From the NCBI RefSeq assembly GCF_009914755.1, contig NC_060947.1: a stretch of DNA of 64,000 nucleotides; one strand, 5' to 3'. How positions within the stretch are numbered: position 1 is the stretch's first letter; each line of letters opens with the position of its first letter. Under the pieces are notes generated by a model. That model had not been told where the DNA came from. It did not search any database and was given only the letters and a program-made list of their open reading frames with translations. A program made the position numbers and the translations under genes. This document shows, one piece after another, positions 60,401 through 64,000 of the stretch. The DNA comes from the human T2T-CHM13v2.0 reference genome, Homo sapiens.

Positions 60401-62740
60401 TTTCTTGTAATATTACGAATGAGAAGTCTGCTTTCAGACGTGTTGGAGCTCAGTAGTGTGTTATTTGTTTCTTTTCTCTTGCTGCTTTTAGGTTCCTTTC
60501 TTAATCCTTAATATTTGGGAGTTTGATTATTAAATGCCTTGAGATAGTCTTCTTTCTGTTAAAACTGCGTGTCATTCTGTAACTTTCTTTTACCTGGATA
60601 TTGCTTTCTTTCTCTATGTTTTAGCAGTTCTCTGTTATTATCCCTTTGAATAAGTTTTCTACCACTATCTCTTTTCTCTGTTTGTTCTTTAAGATCACTA
60701 ACTTCTAGATTTTCCTTTTTGAGGATATTTTCTAGATCCTGTAACTATGCTTTAGTGATATATATATATATTCAATCCTTAACTAGGTATTTTCAAATAG
60801 CTTGTCTTCATGGTCACTAATTCTTTCTTCTCCTTGGTCAATTCTACTATTCAAATTCTGATGTTTTCTTCAGTGTATCACTTGCATTTTTTTTAGCAGC
60901 ATAATTTCTGTTTGTTTTTTGTAAATTACTTCAATCTCTTTGTTAAATTTATCTGGTAAAATTCTAAACTACTTCTTTATGCTATCTTAAAGTTTTCTCA
61001 AAACACTTATTTATAATTGTCTGTCTGAAAGGTCACATATCTGTGTTTCTCCAGGATTGGTCCCTGGTGCCTTGTTGACTACATTTGGTGCGGTCATGTT
61101 TTACTGGATGTTATTGATGCTAGAGATGTTCTTCAATGTCTGGACATTGAAGAGTTGGGTATTTATTGTAGTCTTCATTGTCTGGGCTTTTTATTTAACT
61201 TGCCTTTTTTGGGAAGATTTTCTAGATATTTAAAAAACCTTGGGCATTGGGATCTAAACCGTGTCTGCTTTAGGGGGCAACCCATACCCCATATCTTTGT
61301 GGTTCCTGCAGACTCATAGAAGTACTGTCTTGATGGTCTTGGACAAGATCCAGACAAATTATCTGGAGGATCAGGCAGATAACTCTTGTTCTTGCCCTAC
61401 TTTCTTGCAAACAAATGAAGTCTTCTTTCTGTTCTGAGCCACCTAAAGCTGGGGTTTTGAGTTACACATATACTCCTGTGGCCACCACCATGATGACTGT
61501 GCTGAGTCAGACCTGAGGTCAGCACAGCACTAGATCTCACCCAAGGTCTTCTGTACCACTACCTGGATACTGCCTTTGTTCATTCAAGGGTCTAGGGCTC
61601 TACAATCAGCAGATGGTAAAGCTCACCAGTCCTGTGTCCTTCCCTTTGGGGCAGCAAGATGCCCCATTCCCCAGGTGAGTCCAGAGATGACAGCCAGGAT
61701 TCACAGACAAGAGTAAAAAAACCTTAAATATCTACCTTCTGCTCTCTTGTACTGAAGCTGAGCTGGCACTCAAACCACAAGGTGCAGTCCTTCTCATTCT
61801 TTTTTTTTTTTTTTTGAATTAAGAAATGGTTTATTTTTATACTTTAAGTTTTAGGGTACATGTGAACAATGTGCAGGTTAGTTACATATGTATACATGTG
61901 ACATGCTGGTGCACTGCACCCACTAACTCGTCATCTAGCATTAGGTATATCTCCCAATGCTATCCCTCCCCCCTCCCCCTACCCCACAACAGTCCCCAGA
62001 GTGTGATGTTCCCCTTCCTGTGTCCATGTGTTCTCACTGTTCAATTCCCACCTATGAGTGAGAACACGTGGTGTTTGTTTTTTGTTCTTGTGATAGTTTA
62101 CTGAGAATGATGATTTCCAATTTCATCCATGTCCCTACAAGGGACATGAGCTCATCATTTTTTATGGCTGCATAGTATTCCATGCTGGAGAGGATGTGGA
62201 GAAATAGGAACACTTTTACACTGTTGGTGGGACTGTAAACTAGTTCAACCATTGTGGAAGTCAGTGTGGCGATTCCTCAGGGATCTAGAACTAGAAATAC
62301 CATTTGCCCCAGTCATCCCATTACTGGGTATATACCCAAAGGACTATAAATCATGCTGCTATAAAGACACATGCACACGTATGTTTATTGCAACACTATT
62401 CACAATAGCAAAGACTTGGAACCAACCCAAATGTCCAACAATGATAGACTGGATTAAGAAAATGTGGCACATATACACCATGGAATACTATGCAGCCATA
62501 AAAAATGATGAGTCCTTCTCATTCTTATCTCCTCGTTGCAAAGGCAGAGGAGCCTCACGTTCTGACCAGTACTACATGTCCATGTGGAGTACTGCCAGGC
62601 TACTAGTGATGTTTTCATAAGACTTAAGGGCTTGTAAGTTAGTTTGTGGTGAATGCTGCATGGCCTGGGACTCACCCTTCAAGATAGTGGGCTCCCCTCT
62701 GGCCCAGGGCAGGTCCAGAAATGCCATCCCAGAGTCAAGT
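57431..62740 (-). mobile_element. L1MA-type element (ORF2, ORF1, 5'UTR)
   Basis: Continuous antisense ORF2, ORF1 remnant near 60200-60700, and a 5'UTR homologous to 44340-45430. Interrupted at 61802-62510. Confidence 0.8.
61802..62510 (-). mobile_element. 5'-inverted (twin-primed) L1PA3-like insertion, ~0.7 kb
   Basis: Poly(T), antisense 3'UTR to 62184, then sense piece 62183-62512. Perfect 16-bp TSD AGTCCTTCTCATTCTT at 61786-61801 and 62511-62526. Confidence 0.95.
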
Positions 62741-63620
62741 CAAATCAAAACTACAATGTTATATCATTTCACCCTAGTTAAAATGGCTTACACCTAAACG
62801 ACAGGCAATAACAAATGCTGGTGAGGATGTGGAAAAAAGGGAACCCTTGTATGTTCTGGGTGGGAATGTAAATTAGTACAACCACTGTGGAGAACAATAT
62901 GGAGGTTCCTCAAAATCTAAAAATAGAGCTACCATATGATCCTACAGTCCTACTGCTGGTTATATACCCAAAAGAATGTAAATCAGTATATTGCAGAGGT
63001 ATCTACACTCCCATGTTTTTTGCGGCACTGTTCACAATAGCCAAAATCTGGAGGCAACCTGTCTTCATCAACAGATGACTGGATACAAAAATTTTTGTAG
63101 TTATACACACTGGAGTACTTTTCATCCATAAAAAATTAGATCCAAGTATTTGCAACAAAATGGCTGGAACTGGATGGAGATTATTATGTTAAGTGAAATA
63201 AGTCAGACACAGAAACACAAACATTGCATATTCTCACTTATTTGTGGGATCTGAAAATTAAAACAACTGAACTCATGGAGATGGAGGTAAAAGGATGGTT
63301 ATCGGAAGCTTGGAAAAATAGTGGAAGGGTACGGGGCAGTTGGGGATGGTTAATGGGTACAAAAGTAATAGAATATTTTAATAAGACCTAGTATTTGAGA
63401 GCAAAAAGGGTAACTATAGCCAGTAATAAGTTAGTTCTACATTTAAACATAAAAGAATATAATAGGATTGTTTGTAACACAAAAGATAAATGCTTGAGAT
63501 GATAAATACCCCATTTTCAAGGATGTGATTATTTCACATTACATGCCTGTACCAATACACCTGATGTACCCCATAAATATATACACATAGCATGCACCCA
63601 CAAAAATTAAAAACAAAAAG
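62741..63620 (+). mobile_element. L1MA1-3-type 3' end
   Basis: CAAATCAAAACTACAATG...; ORF2 C-terminal remnant 62887-63078 (LKIELPYDP...TPMFFAALFTIAKIW); ends CCCACAAAAATTAAAAA. Confidence 0.85.
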
Positions 63621-63649
63621 ATCTAAAAAAATTTCTATCTGCCCTTCAA

Positions 63650-63772
63650 AAATTTTAACTTCACAAGGGCAGGAACTTTGCATGTTCTTGTGACCTGCCA
63701 AATCCACATCACTTGGAAAAGTGCCTGGCAATATTAAAGGCTCAAACATGTTTTAGAGTGAATGAATGAATC
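63650..63772 (+). mobile_element. L2 3' end
   Basis: AAGGGCAGGAACTTTG...AGTGCCTGGCA...GGCTCAAACATGTTT...TGAATGAATGAAT. Confidence 0.7.
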
Positions 63773-64000
63773 ACAGACAGATGAGCAATTGGAAACCTAA
63801 ATTGTTAATATTTATTCATTCATGGATTATCTAATACTTATTTGGATATCTTGTATATATATTAATACAATGTTCTGAGGTAGTATACTTTAGTTTCCAT
63901 TCCGGTTAACTTTAAGAAAGAGTCCGTTTTTTGTATTTTAAATTGTGTATAAGAAAGTACAATTAAAAGTGTTGGTATTTTAAATACATTTTAATATCAT

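Overview
Primate, most likely human, genomic DNA. The only host-gene exon I can support is a + strand terminal exon at 8386 encoding ...GGNYYCLEMAQQLYSA*. From memory this is the DACH2 C-terminus (Xq21); it is followed by a ~0.45-kb 3'UTR and AATAAA. Bases 1-20.5 kb (last intron and 3' flank) are unique sequence with a MER11 LTR, Alus and old MIR/L2/L1M fragments. From ~20.5 kb to the end the window is almost entirely nested LINE-1 and ERV-L: two HERV-L-family proviral remnants, two twin-primed L1PA insertions and MaLR LTRs. The most unusual items are (i) a ~2.65-kb layered (TA)n-GGAA tandem array inside an MLT2A LTR, built from GNA-triloop mini-hairpin units and lacking stops in all six frames over most of its length, (ii) an unexplained 66-nt pre-miRNA-like hairpin at 17103-17168 in repeat-free sequence, (iii) a fossil LINE endonuclease at ~10.3-10.6 kb, and (iv) a probable 14-nt 3' transduction on a twin-primed L1PA3. 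No database searches were run. Repeat subfamily names come from recalled consensus sequences, and old-repeat boundaries are approximate. I found no convincing new protein-coding system.
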